DNA of 64,000 nucleotides from Octopus sinensis (Eukaryota), in NCBI RefSeq assembly GCF_006345805.1, contig NC_042997.1, forward strand, positions 11,408,001 to 11,472,000. The letters run 5' to 3'. Below the pieces are notes generated by a model. The model was not told the DNA's origin. It searched no databases and saw nothing but the letters and a program-made list of their open reading frames with translations. This document shows, piece after piece, positions 37,705 through 50,857 of this stretch. Each line of letters opens with the position of its first letter. The first letter of the stretch is position 1. A program made the position numbers and the translations under genes.

Positions 37705-38755
37705 ATAGTGGTTGTCTACTCCTTATGCAGAGTTTGACTACCTCTTGTGCTTACAACTTAGATCCCTCATGGCATCTGATGTGGCTTTTTAAACCAGACA
37801 ACGTATTGAAAAGACACCCACATAGATTGCATATCTGATTTCGACAACCAAGAGCTGCAGTTAAGTTCTGATCTTTGTGGATCTTAAAATGTCTTTTGAG
37901 GCCTCCGCTAGTTTTGCAGACCTTATGGCATACACGGCATTGAAATGTGTGCTCAAATATATGCAGGCAGAAAAGTTGGTGGCGGTTCGTTTTTCATGAG
38001 ATTTGAGCCCAGCAAAAAGAAAGGCATGGTCGGTCACAAACTGTGCACACAAAAGCTTTCACTCCACTCTGCACTTGTTCGCCATCCAGCTCGATCCGAA
38101 GCATAGGTTTCTATGGCCTTGGATCCATTCCAAGTGACTTCATAGTAGTCCCTATGTCATCCTTAAACCTCTTTTACAACCTCGCCATAAAACAGTTATT
38201 TGGGTTGCGTTTATCCGGCATTCGAACAATATGGCGTGACCACCTCATTTGGTTTTTCAGAATCATTGATTTAATTGAATTAATCTGTGTCTGGAGTAAA
38301 AAAAAATCCCCATTTAATATGCGGCGAAGGCATATTTGGTGGAATCGTTCTAACAGTTTGAAATGTCTTTCATAATACGTTCATGTTTCAGAAGAATACA
38401 TCAGGAATGGTAAGGCAAACGATCTGTAAAGAACCAATTTTGTGTTGTTATTTATGTCGTTGGAAAAGTGCATTGTTCATTTGACATTTCGGGAAAAGTG
38501 CATTGAGCAGAATTATGCCCTATACCATTGCTTTGTTGATTTAAGCAAGGCATTCAATACTGTTAATCGAAATTCTCTGTGGCTAATACGAAAGAAAATA
38601 GGTTGCCCAGAAAAATTTGTAAGCGCGATCAGGGCATTGCATCAATATATGAAGACTAGAGTTAATTTTGGTGGTAGGCTTTCTGAATCTTTTGCCGTAG
38701 AAAATGGAGTAAAGCAAGGAGACCTTGATGCACCCACCCTCTTTACAATTGAAGG
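37705..38755 (-). mobile_element. Degenerate RTE/BovB-like LINE with inverted 5' segment
   Basis: The minus strand at ~37705-38440 encodes C-terminal motifs (ERHFKLLERFHQICLRRIL, LFYGE, GLKSHEKR). The plus strand at ~38470-38750 encodes RT motifs (EKCIEQN...FVDLSKAFNTVNR...GVKQGDLDAPTLF). Confidence 0.8.
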
Positions 38756-38879
38756 GGTCTTGTGGCGTGAATGAAATATTGAGAATGTAGTGGTAGTATT
38801 AAATAGATAGAGAGTTGAGAAAAGATGCATGTGTTAAAATGAAGAGAATGCTCAAAAGGAATAGGGGAGGCGAGTTAAT

Positions 38880-38995
38880 TCGTACCTGGAGAACGCTCGT
38901 AAAGCGAAACTAGTAAACAGACAATAAAACTCGTAAAAGCTCGTAAACCCGGGGTCTCGTAAAACGGGCCCTCGTAAAATGAAGTATCATTGTAT
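38880..38995. mobile_element. Possible pogo/Tigger-type terminus with subterminal CTCGTAAA repeats
   Basis: Five CTCGTAAA motifs are followed by TGAAGTATCATTG|TA, resembling a degenerate CAGTG..ACCTCG TIR. Confidence 0.4.
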
Positions 38996-39783
38996 ATGCA
39001 TGTTTATATATATATATATGTATGTAAGTATGTATGTATATATGAATGTATATACATGCTACATGCATACATATACACTATATGTAATAATTGAATTATT
39101 CCTATAAAAAGAGGATTTTTCTAAGTAAAGAACAACGCCCCATTATTGGAATTTTTAAAACAATAAAAAGGAGTAATGAATTACACTTTGAATTTTAGAA
39201 AAGCCTTACATATATGAACTGTTCTTATTACAAAACGAATTTGTCCGATACGTGTTAGATAATGTGTTTCTTAACCTGAAAACTTCACCTTTTGTCGACT
39301 GTTAGTTAAACACTAACAGTCGACTGTTAATTAAACACTAACAGTCGGCGAGCTGGCAGAAACGTGCGTACAATATGAGAGATTGTTTTGCAAAAGGAAA
39401 GCTTTTATGGCGGCGAGCTGGCAGAAACGTGAGTGTGCCGGGTGCAATGCTTAACTGTATTTCATCTGTCTTTACGTTATGCGTAGGAGTGGCTGTGTGG
39501 TAAGTAGCTTGCTTACCAACCACATGATTCCGGGTTCAGTCCCATTGCGTGGCATCTTGGGCAAGTGTCTTCTACCATAGCCTCGGGCCGACCAAAGCCT
39601 TGTGAGTGGATTTGATGGACGGAAACTGAAAGAAGCCCATCGTATATATGTATATATTTATATATATGGCATTATTATACATACATGCCACACGCTAAGA
39701 GGGACAAAATTAGTCATTTCTACCAAAAAATTTTACTAATCCCACCGAATGCAATTTTTCAAAGTAAGACATTTAAAAATATG

Positions 39784-39830
39784 GACTTGTATCACCTGTG
39801 ATTTCATACCTCTGTATTCATCAGCAAGCC
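39784..39830 (-). ncRNA. Type I hammerhead ribozyme (left-arm copy)
   Basis: Exact reverse complement of 40150-40196. Confidence 0.85.
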
Positions 39831-40149
39831 TGGACGTATCATAAATAAACGACCCTACCTCGTCTAAGCCGAGCAGCTAACTGATCAACATCAACGAAGC
39901 ACATGGGTGAGTTTACATATATTACATCTGGTAAATGGCAGACTTTTACGAATTGCATTCGGGAAAGGAAAAGTTTTTTCGGAATAAAAATTTAGCAATT
40001 AAGGACAATTCCTTTCTCGAAATGCAATTCGTAAAAGTCTGCCATTTACCAGATGTAATATATGTAAACTCACCCATGTGCTTCGTTGATGTTGATCAGT
40101 TAGCTGCTCGGCTTAGACGAGGTAGGGTCGTTTATTTATGATACGTCCA

Positions 40150-40196
40150 GGCTTGCTGATGAATACAGAGGTATGAAATCACAGGTGATACAAGTC
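40150..40196 (+). ncRNA. Canonical type I hammerhead ribozyme
   Basis: GGCTTG-CTGATGA-ATAC agag GTAT-GAAA-TCA cagg TGA-T-A-CAAGTC. All core nucleotides are present and stems I, II and III pair. Predicted cleavage is after A40190 (AUA). Confidence 0.88.
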
Positions 40197-41249
40197 CATA
40201 TTTTTAAATGTCTTACTTTGAAAAATTGCATTCGGTGGGATTAGTAAAATTTTTTGGCAGAAATGACTAATTTTGTCCCTCTTAGCGTGTGGCATGTATG
40301 TATAATAATGCCCTCTATATATAAATTATGTTCAATAAGAAAGAATTATTTTCGAAATTTTTTCTCTTATGAGGTCTTTCACGCTATCTATCCGATAATT
40401 TCTTGTTAAGTTTTCCTTATTAAGAAGTTGTCCTTAATTGCTAAATATTTATATATATGTATACGTGTCTGTGTTTGTCACCCCAACATCGCTTGACAAC
40501 CGATGCTGGTGTGTTTACGTCTCCGTAACTTAGCGGTTCGGCAAAAGAGACCGATAGAACAAGTACTAGGCTTACAAAGAATAAGTCCTGGGGTCGATTT
40601 GCTCGACTAAAGGCGGTGCTCCAGCATGGCCACAGTCAAATAACTGAAACAAGTAAAAGAGTAAAAGAGTAAAAGACTTAATAACACAGCCAAGTACACC
40701 AATAATTATAGGCAGAATCGGAAGTGTATAATCTGTTTATAAATGCAGCTTAAAGCCGTGGACTATAATGTTCTCTTTTTCATTAGTTTTGAATGGAATA
40801 GATTAAGTTAGGCTGCTGACTTCCTCAAGAGTACATTTTTTTTTCTGTCTCAAGCATTCAGGACTTGTTTGTATCTAGTGGAAATTTAGACTGAAATTCA
40901 CTACCAATATTTATTACAGTAGAATATATAAATATATATAAATATATACAAATCAGGAATATTTTGTATATTTGTTCCAGGGTATTCTTTTTTAAAAATG
41001 CATTGTGTATTGTTTTGACAACAACGCCAAGCCACATATTTACTGATATAATTTTGGTCAATTGCTGATTACTCGTGATGTGTAAATGACTTCTAGAAAA
41101 ATATTACGTGATCGATATTTTCGTATCTACATGGTTTAATTGATTTCGTTGTTTCTAGTATTCAACAGGTATTTAGTAGCTATGTCATGCACTTGGATTA
41201 CAAATGCACAACCTTCGAAATTCATTGAGGCGAGTGCTACACTTCCTGA

Positions 41250-41800
41250 TCGTGTTAGTATCATTGTGAAGCTTTCAGAAAATACCACGCGTCTATATTT
41301 TTTCGATGGTTTCCAGAATGTTTCTCTTTCAGATCTTTGTTGAAGTACGTTCGTTCACCAGTTTCGAAGTCGCATGAAACATCGACGGGAACCGATTCTG
41401 TCTCTGGACTGACCTTAAACCTCTTATTTTATCTTTTCTTCATAGAGTCAATCGATGACACTATTTCTATGGAAGTTGTCACGATGTTGCGAATTTTAAG
41501 TTGATGGAATGGATATCTTATAAAGTGAAGTATCCCAAATATTGGCACCAGTTTCTACAAATGCAATATAAGAGATTGTTTTGGAAGAGGAAAGAAAGCT
41601 TTCTGCCATATTTTTAAAGGTTAGCTCTATGGTCTATATCAATGTTTGCGATATGTGTGTATTATACATTTTAACAGATACTTAGGCGAGTAGATACGTG
41701 CGTTTATTTAGTACTCCCTGTATGAAACAGAAGGTATAGAGAGACAATAGTCAACGTTTTTCATTCCCTGACATTCTACTAATTTCCTTGGCCAAGTACC
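41250..41800 (-). pseudogene. Possible very old L1/Tx1 ORF2 relic
   Basis: Only weak motif echoes (ARIYSPK..., IDHRA, LYEEK, FETGERTYF) across frameshifts. Confidence 0.25.
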
Positions 41801-42213
41801 ATCGCTTACCAGCTGAAAAATATTGTTATTAATCTAACGGTTTCTCTGCATTGTAGCTGTTTCCGGTGTAGATCTTTAGATAATCAACAAAAGAATTGTA
41901 AATTACATTCGCATCTTAGCTATTAAGGCAAGCCAGATAGTATATATTGTTTTTTTTTTCTGAGATGGTCTTTCCTTTTATCTTCCAGCTTGAGGGTAAG
42001 TGGGAAATTTATGGCTAATGATACTTTGTTAATATAGTTGGTTTCACTAACGTAGTTTCTCTTTTGACTCCATTACCGAAAAATGACTATACCAATGGAT
42101 CATCATGATCATCATTATTCACAATGTTTGTTACAAGCTTATGAAAGTAGTGGAAATTTTTATTACTCCAAATATGGTATGTAGCGGCTACTAGAATGAA
42201 TTGCATACATCCT

Positions 42214-42492
42214 ATTTCTTAATTGCCCACAAGGGGCTAACTGGCACTTAATTTATCGAACCCGAAAGGATGAAAGGCAAGGGGCTAAACATAGAGGGGA
42301 CAAGCAAGGACAGACAAACGGATTAAGTCGATTACGTCAACCCCAGTCCGTAATTGGTACTTACTTTATCGACCCCGAAACGATGAAAGGCAAAGTCGAC
42401 CTCGGCGGAATTTGAACTCAGAACGTAACGGCAGACGAAATACTGCTATGCATTTCGACGGGCGTGCTAACGTTTTTGCCAGCTGGTCGCCT
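42214..42492 (-). mobile_element. SINE family B copy with rearranged tail
   Basis: Reverse-complement match with an internal duplicated block near 42240-42285. Confidence 0.85.
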
Positions 42493-42908
42493 TTTTGAAT
42501 TGCATACATCCTGGTATACCATAAATGTTATTATGTCACACATCAATGGTCTTTCATGCATGAGAAATTCGGCAAAAGCAGCATTATTTTCATTGCCTCT
42601 TTTTAATTGGTATCGACTGGAGGATGGGGTTGTGGTCGTTGCATTTGTAGGGCCTCCTATGTCGATGAGACGGACGATGTTAATCTTCCACTTGAAAGTT
42701 GCAAACTGGAGATTTCAGATAAAAAACAACCCCAAACGAAACAACACAACCAAACAGGGGTGGAACGGGAATTTCAAACTTTCTGGGGATAAAGATTAGA
42801 TATAGCGATTAGTGCTGATTCTGGTAGTGGTTGGATTCAATATGGGTAGCAAGAACCGGTGAGACAAGTGAGTGTAGTGTATCTGAGCGACGGTGGTATG
42901 CAACCAGC

Positions 42909-44424
42909 CAAGGCGGCGAGCTGGCAGAAACGTTAGCACGCCGGGCGAAATGCTTAGTGGTATTTCGCCTGCCGCTACGTTCTGAGTTCGAATGCCACCG
43001 AGGTCGACTTTGCCTTTCATCCTTTCGGGGTCGATTAAATAAGTACCAGTTACACACTGGGGTCGATATGATCGACTTAATCCGTTTGTCTGTCCTTGTT
43101 TTTCCCCTCTGTGTTTAGCCCCTTGCGGGTAGTAAAGAAATGGGTATTTTGTCTGCCGCTACCTTCTGAGTTCAAATTCCGCCGAGGTCGACTTTGCCTT
43201 TCATCCTTTCGGGGTCAATTAAATAAGTACCAGTTACACACTGGGGTCGATATGATCGACTTAATCCGTTTGTCTGTCCTTGTTTGTCCTCTCTGTGTTT
43301 AGCCCCTTGCGGGTAGTAAAGAAATGGGTATTTTGTCTGCCGCTACCTTCTGAGTTCAAATTCCGCCGAGGTCGACTTTGCCTTTCATCCTTTCGGGGTC
43401 AATTAAATAAGTACCATTACACACTGGGGTCGATATGATCGACTTAATCCGTTTGTCTGTCCTTGTTTGTCCTCTCGTGTTTAGCCCCTTGCGGGTAGTA
43501 AAGAAATGGGTATTTTGTCTGCCGCTACCTTCTGAGTTCAAATTCCGCCGAGGTCGACTTTGCCTTTCATCCTTCGGGGTCAATAAATAAGTACCATTAC
43601 ACACTGGGGTCGATATGATCGACTTAATCCGTTTGTCTGTCCTTGTTTGTCCTCTCTGTGTTTAGCCCCTTGCGGGTAGTAAAGAAATGGGTATTTTGTC
43701 TGCCGCTACCTTCTGAGTTCAAATTCCGCCGAGGTCGACTTTGCCTTTCATCCTTTCGGGGTCAATTAAATAGGTACCAGTTACACACTGGGGTCGATAT
43801 GATCGACTTAATCCGTTTGTCTGTCCTTGTTTGTCCTCTCTGTGTTTAGCCCCTTGCGGGTAGTAAAGAAATAGGTATTTTGTCTGCCGCTACCTTCTGA
43901 GTTCAAATTCCGCCGAGGTCGACTTTGCCTTTCATCCTTTCGGGGTCAATTAAATAAGTACCAGTTACACACTGGGGTCGATATGATCGACTTAATCCGT
44001 TTGTCTGTCCTTGTTTGTCCTCTCTGTGTTTAGCCCCTTGTGGGTAGTAAAGAAATAGATATTTTGTCTGCCGCTACCTTCTGAGTTCAAATTCCGCCGA
44101 GGTCGACTTTGCCTTTCATCCTTTCGGGGTCAATTAAATAAGTACCAGTTACACACTGGGGTCGATATGATCGACTTAATCCGTTTGTCTGTCCTTGTTT
44201 GTCCTCTCTGTGTTTAGCCCCTTGCGGGTAGTAAAGAAATAGGTATTTTGTCTGCCGCTACCTTCTGAGTTCAAATTCTGCCGAGGTCGACTTTGCCTTT
44301 CATCCTTTCGGGGTCAATTAAATAAGTACCAGTTACACACTGGGGTCGATATGATCGACTTAATCCGTTTGTCTGTCCTTGTTTGTCCTGTCTGTGTTTA
44401 GCCCCTTGTGGTTGTAAAGAAATA
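42909..44424 (+). repeat. SINE family B tandem array: one head plus 8 units of ~184 bp in a single TSD
   Basis: Units start at 42959, 43143, 43327, 43509, 43690, 43874, 44058 and 44242. TSD GGTATGCAACCAGC lies at 42895-42908 and 44425-44438. Confidence 0.95.
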
Positions 44425-44794
44425 GGTATGCAACCAGCTAGCTCCTAAGAGAGGAGATAATTTGAGCTGTGGTGGAAAAATAGACGATGGATGTGTTCTA
44501 TAGGTTGACGTGTGTTCGTGTGTTGCTTAATGCTCGCCATTTAATTGAATCACTTTTATTGGATACGTTTTAGGATATTTGGTTGTGTAGCAACAACACA
44601 TTCCCAAATATGAGAATAATATATTGCAGGTGTCACATGATTTATAGAGGTCTAGATGTAGAAGGATGAAATATTTCCTGATCCTTTATTTATATTGTCG
44701 AACAGTTTCTAGGTCACCGTTTATAGAATCATTGCGGATTTAGCACAAGGTGGAGTAGAAAGGGGATAATTTTGGATGAGATTTACGGAGTGTG

Positions 44795-44908
44795 TGCAGT
44801 ATGGAATTGGGCGCATAGTATGGAATTGGATGCACAGTATGGAATTGGACGCACAGTATGGAATTGGGCGCACAGTATGGAATTGGGCGCACAGTATGGA
44901 ATTGGGCG
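44795..44908. repeat. 19-bp minisatellite (GCACAGTATGGAATTGGGC), about 6 copies
   Basis: Directly visible. Confidence 0.95.
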
Positions 44909-46319
44909 TAAATGCAGAGACTTTCTTATCTGGAGAAGACTTTGTTGGATCCCACAAGCAATCTCACTTCAATTAAATTTATTGTTCTTAGGATAGGATT
45001 CTCAACTTATCTCTTAGGTTGGAATTTTATTTTTGTCAGATTGCTAAATCGAAGCTTGCTTTGACAGGAAGCACGCTGGCTCATTTTCTACGAACTTCGC
45101 GGTAAATCAGAGGCTGATTATATCTCTCAAGTCCTTTTCTTTAGACTTAATTAGTTCCTTGCTGTTTTTCCTAACCACACTATTCTTATGGACAACTAAG
45201 TAATAACGCATTGGACCTGCACTTCTCCCAAAGTACATACAACAACGCAGTCTCATTTAACAACACCTAATACAATGGCTACACATTCTGAATGTGCCAC
45301 TGGACAATAGGTGGGAGAGATGGATGGTGTCTATATCTGTTCGTGACTGCATAGGCATCTAAAATAATTAGCGAAAATATGGTACATGTTGCCAAGCTGT
45401 TCTCATTTGCGGCTGACGGTGACTCTTTATCCTCTAACATTCATGCATATGGCTCCTTACTCAACACACCTAAACTTTCAAAGTAGCTTCAAATATTAGG
45501 CTTCAAAAACTTTAACAATCTCTCACGATGACTCGTGTATATTACAGTAGCCGACATTTCAGCTAATAGTTCAGTCTGATCTCTTGCATCAGTGCTTCAT
45601 GGCTTAAAAGAAGTAGGCAGCAACTGATCAGACTCAGATGCGACTTATATCAAAATATTGATTACATATTTTATGTTGTTGCTACTGATGCTACACAACC
45701 TCCAAAAAAAAAAATAATAAAAAGCTCACACACACACAAAACAAAGCAGAAAACAATCCAGGTGATTGGCAAAAACCGAAACCCCCCAGCATAATAGTCA
45801 CAACTCCAGAGACACTCTATCACCTCTCTCTGTCTTCTCTATAGTTACTGTAAGGGTCTCTGCTCCTCTGAACTAGCAAAGTGTGCTTCATCTCCAACTG
45901 TGTTAGCATTCTCTCTTCTTTTAGTCATCCTCAATAAATCTACATTAACCAGATCTCTTTTAGATCTTGCACTATACACCGTACTGAACCATTCCTCCAT
46001 AGATCTACAATCTTTAGAATTTCCTCTTGGTTCACATTTGATCACAGCATGCATCAACGGAAGGATCTTCAATCAGGATCTCAACTGCATTGATTCACTA
46101 TAGGTCGTGCTTGGTGTTTAAGTCTCGAATCATCCCTGGCGGGTAAAACTTAAAATCTATGATCAAAAGTACTCCAAGCATGACCACTGTCCTTCTCTCG
46201 AGCATTGAGTGTTTAGGCTTACTCCCTTAACAAGACTGGGTAATGTTACTGTTATTGTTAGTGAGTTAAGTACCCAACTAGTAACTCCTTCTTTGGCTAG
46301 TCAAGTTATAGACGAATAT

Positions 46320-46711
46320 AGGCGCAGGAGTGGCTGTGTGGTAAGTAGCTTGCTTACCAACCACATGGTTCCGGGTTCAGTCCCACTGCGTGGCACCTTG
46401 GGCAAGTGTCTTCTTCTATAGCCTCGGGCCGACCAAAGCCTTGTGAGTGGATTTGGTAGACGGAAACTGAAAGAAGCCTGTCGTATATATATACGTATGT
46501 GTGTGTATGGTTGTGTGTCTGTGTTTGTCCCCCTAGCATTGCTTGACAACCGATGCTGGTGTGTTTATGTCCCCCGTCACTTAGCGGTTCGGCAAAAGAG
46601 ACCTATAGAATAAGTACTGGGCTTACAAAGAATAAGTCCCGGGGTCGATTTGCTCGACTAAAGGCGGTGCTCCAGCATGGCCACAGTCAAATGATTGAAA
46701 CAAGTAAAAGA
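46320..46711 (+). mobile_element. SINE family A, full length
   Basis: Colinear with 7398-7838. Confidence 0.92.
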
Positions 46712-48289
46712 AAAAAAATATATCATAGTAAAGTGCACCATGCTTTTCTAGCTACAAGAGGAAGTACACGAATGAATTCGTCTATAGCCACGAACTCGCA
46801 GATTTAAATAATTAATTTATAGAATATTTCACGAATAGATGGCAGACAGAAGAATTTTAATTTCGGTTGACTTGTCTTCTCTCCAGGGAGTTTTTCCCGT
46901 CGTTCGTATACTTAAAAACCACTGAAATCGGATATCGTCGCTAGTATTTTGAGGTGTTACTGTCTCCTTCGTGACTTTTGAGGCTTTTGTAGATATTAGT
47001 GTGTTTGTGAGCTAAGTTCTAATGTGAGAAAGATTCAGTAGTGAAGTTAGCTACTAAGATCTCTTTAACAAATCTCTTTTTTTTTTTTATGTAAAAAGAA
47101 TAAAGAACCTCAGAACAAATAAGAAACTGTTTATTGCTATATAAAATAATTTTACTGCCAAGAATATTTCAAAAATATAAAATAACTATACGAAACAATA
47201 AATATATAAATATATAACATTATTCGCATACGGAATGATAAATCTATTGATAAGTTAGTTAATACATGCATACAACAAATGTAGACAGAAAGTATTGTCA
47301 TCAGAGAATAGAACCATAAGGATTGATCAAATAAAAACGACAATGTAGATGTATGGAGATCATGCTTTGTTTCATTTATTTATTTATTTATTTATTTATT
47401 GTCTTGTGAGTGTATGTGTGTATATTTTTTGTTGATGGTGCTAACTATTTCTACAGAGTTTCTCATGCTGAGTTTCATGAACTAATTTGAACGTGACTTG
47501 AAGCAAATTGTCATTAATTTTATTACAAAATAACGTCAGAATGTAACAGTCGTACTACTGTAAAGCTGGGATAATTTGTTCGACAAGGATGAATATGGAG
47601 AGAAAATAGTCAGTTATCTACAGATTTAGGCATCTGGAGAAACAACAGCGCAGAGACACAAAATGTAAGTGATGAGTAAGTAGGCTAATAGAACCCAATG
47701 ATGGTTATATTAGTTTGCTGAAATCATATTTGCTAAATGAAACATGTTACTGTTTTCTCTTCATTTAAACACCGTGTGGTACAGAGGTGCGTTTATAACA
47801 ACACGCCTCAATACCACACAAAAACATGCTGCTCTCGAAATAATAGCATTTTAACCCTAAAGCCCACTTATATAAAACCCAGTAAATCTTAAAACAGATT
47901 AGTGTCATTTGTCCCTTAGAAAATTAGCTTTGGATTTCGTGAGCTTCTTTGCATCTGGTAATGCCTTTTCAGCTAATTTACTCTTTACTTTTTCATTCAA
48001 ATACTCAAATACAAAGAATTATGATATAATTTATGAAATGTATAAAAATAATAATAATACATTTTCATCGAAATATAAAATGCTTCTCCACTCTATGTAA
48101 GATGTACTTTACTACCTGGGAACTTTATTTCAATTCTAGAGGCCAATTCTCTTAATTAATACGTACCGGAGTTATAGAAATGTATAGATCAAATGGGCAA
48201 CCCACTGTACATATACCAAAAGTATTTCCCTTGTTGGTAACAAATGGTACATGAAACACTTGTCTATAATTGATCAAGACACGTTTGAT

Positions 48290-50070
48290 ACTTTAAAGTG
48301 ATGGTAAGTGTTAATTCAATGAAAAATGGAGAAATAAGTTCTTATATAAAGAGGGTCCCTCAGGAAAACCATTGTGCATTGTTTGTGAAAATTATCTTAT
48401 CACAGAACATAAGACACCATCTTAATAGATACACCAAAATACAACACTGAAACTAATGTATTGGTTTGAGAGGCGGAAATAACATGTAATTGAAAGGAAG
48501 AAAGGAATAACATGTAATTGAAGGAAGTTGTGAATGTTTTTCGTTGAAAGAAACGTCCCATGAAATTACTTTAGCACTACCAAAAAGTGGAAGCCTTTCT
48601 TTCTGATAGAAAAGTAATTGTTAGGCCTTGTTTCCAAATATTTGAGATAAAAATGTTGAAAGAAATGGAGATAAATTGCTCTTTCAAATAAAGCAGTTAT
48701 GAGACTCACTGAACAATTCTCTCACGATGTATTTATGAAACTAGCAAGTGGAAGGTTTTTTTTTCTATGCTCGTACTTTATTTTCTGCAGATTTAGACGA
48801 AGCTATCGACATTTGTGTTTAGCATTTTTATAACAAGAATCAATATCAATTTAGAGTTGGTCATATATCGCTTATGAATAAAGCAAACAAGCGGATCAGA
48901 TATATTTGACAAAGTAAAGTCGTGCTTGTAAAACTTACAAATACATTTTAGTAGACTAATCAGTATTCTTAAGGACGGAGCTCTATCAAGGATCATTCAA
49001 ACCAGTGGATCTCTAAAACAGCATTGCATCATACACCAAAAGACGTTGCGTGGAAAAACATACTAAGCTTGCAGCATGTTATGTTAACAGTTGCAAAATG
49101 CACGAATAACGAGCAAGAGCATTAAACAGACAAGCATACAAAGAATATATGCAACGTGTTAGATTTGGAATATAGTGATCTTGTGTTCCATTGTTAGGTA
49201 AACTGGCTTTTGGATTTTTCACAAATTTTCATTTACCAGTAACCTAAAGAAATTTTATTCGAAGTTTTCTGGATGAAAATGAGGGAGTAATCTGAAAAAA
49301 GGGCTCTTTTATATAACTTTTGGGTATTTGGTTTTGTATTTTTTAGTTGATGTAATCAGCCAGCTCATTATCTTAATTTGAAACAAATAGTTTCCTAGCT
49401 TGGTAACTGATATCAAAATGAAAATAACAATTCGTCATATCTCTGCTAAAATGAGGATTTGAGCCAGTTTTCACGATATGTGGGATAAAGAGTCGCTGAA
49501 GAGGTCACAAGTGTGTGGGGAAAGACTTTTGCCAAAAAACTAAAATTATAATAATAATAATAATGCTGAAGTGAAGACCAAGTGTATAGTGTATAATTGG
49601 CAAAATATGACCATTCCCAAGTATAACAATATCTGTTTCAACACAGTATTTCACATCAAGAATCTTGCAAAAAAAATACATAAGCGTAATAAAAAAATTA
49701 CAGTTTTACAAAAAAAAAATGTTGAAATAAAAGTTAGGTTGCTGCAAGAATCTTTTGAAAATCGCTTTCATGATTTGCTAAAGAAAAAAAGGCGATATAC
49801 TAAAATTTATACAGTTATTTTTGGTTAGTGAACAAAAAATAATTAAAATTCCAAGTGACCTACAGATGGAACTTTTTGCTGTGAAGGCAAATTCCTTATT
49901 GAAGCGGAAGTTTGATGAGGTTTTCTCAGTTTTAAATGCAGTTGCAATGATTATTATTCTTTTTGAGCGTATTTGAAAGTAAATTTGCCCTGAGTTATAC
50001 CAATCGTTTCGGAAACGATATATAGTTGGGAGCAAAAAACATTTTCATCCATGAAACTGACAAAGAAATG
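48290..50070 (+). pseudogene. hAT (Buster/Charlie/SPIN, GTF2IRD2-like) transposase relic
   Basis: Ordered motifs across frameshifts: PLCIVC (BED finger), LDEA.DI, HCIIHQ, LQHVMLTVAKCTN, EYSDLVFHC*VNWL, FLVDV, NRFHDL, PSDLQMEL, EQ..FSSMK. Confidence 0.8.
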
Positions 50071-50857
50071 AACAAAAAATTTCGAAGAATTTTCTGTAAC
50101 TTTCAGTAATTGACTGAAGCCTAAACATTAAAAGCTTGCCTTGCTGGAGTATCACTCTGAAGGGTTTAGTTCATCGAATCAGTCTCAGTATTTTCTTAAA
50201 GTCAGGTAATTGTGTATAGTGACTTAGTGATTAAGGGTTCAATTCCTGGAATGTGTGGTACGTTATGTCCTTGACTAAGGCATTTCAATTCATGTTGTTC
50301 CAGTCTACCAGCTGATAATGAGTTGTTTCAGGTTCCATCTTATTGTGTGACACGTTGACTAAGTATCCTCTTCAGCGCCATGGGTTGACTAAAAACTTGA
50401 GGGTGAAATTTCGTGTGTGAAAAGTCGATGGAAAATAGTCGGAAAGTCCTTTCCTCTTCTTAGGTGGTAGATTTAATCCGTTGTCCAGATAATTCCTGTT
50501 CAAGACCAACACTTAGTCTTTGGGTGCCTTTAAGGCATCAAACTTTGGTGTAAGCATTTGGGTCACGAAAGGTGCCTTTTGCGGTGTTCGTTCCGGGTCT
50601 CAGTCTTTTGGCAGTAAATACTTGCGAAGATACTGGTAAAAAGCTGTATCGACCGATTGCAGTGTAGAACAGTGTTGTACGCAGGGAATTTCCAGAAAAG
50701 AATGTTTATATATATATAAATCTTTAGTTAATTATATTCAATGAGAATATTATATACTGAATTTATATTGAGTGCTTTATTGTACCAAAGTATTAATACT
50801 ATTAAAATATTTATATATTTAATACGAGCGATAATATACATATACATATATATATAT

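Larger units (their letters stand above)
39668..40446. mobile_element. Foldback (inverted pLTR-like) non-coding element with ~300-bp near-perfect arms
   Basis: Arms at 39668-39970 and 40009-40312. The spacer segment 39990-40008 is the reverse complement of 40428-40446. Confidence 0.85.
39480..40676 (+). mobile_element. SINE family A split by a foldback insertion in its central (TA)n
   Basis: The 5' half is at 39480-39645 and the 3' half at ~40460-40676. Confidence 0.9.

Noticed and set aside
42909-44424. Regular array suggestive of CRISPR or a tandem RNA gene cluster
   Set aside because: Units are near-identical end to end with no unique spacers, they match the dispersed SINE B body, and there are no cas genes in this eukaryotic context.
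45180-46100. Possible ancient LINE endonuclease relic
   Set aside because: Only faint motif echoes (e.g. IDYI), not enough to call.
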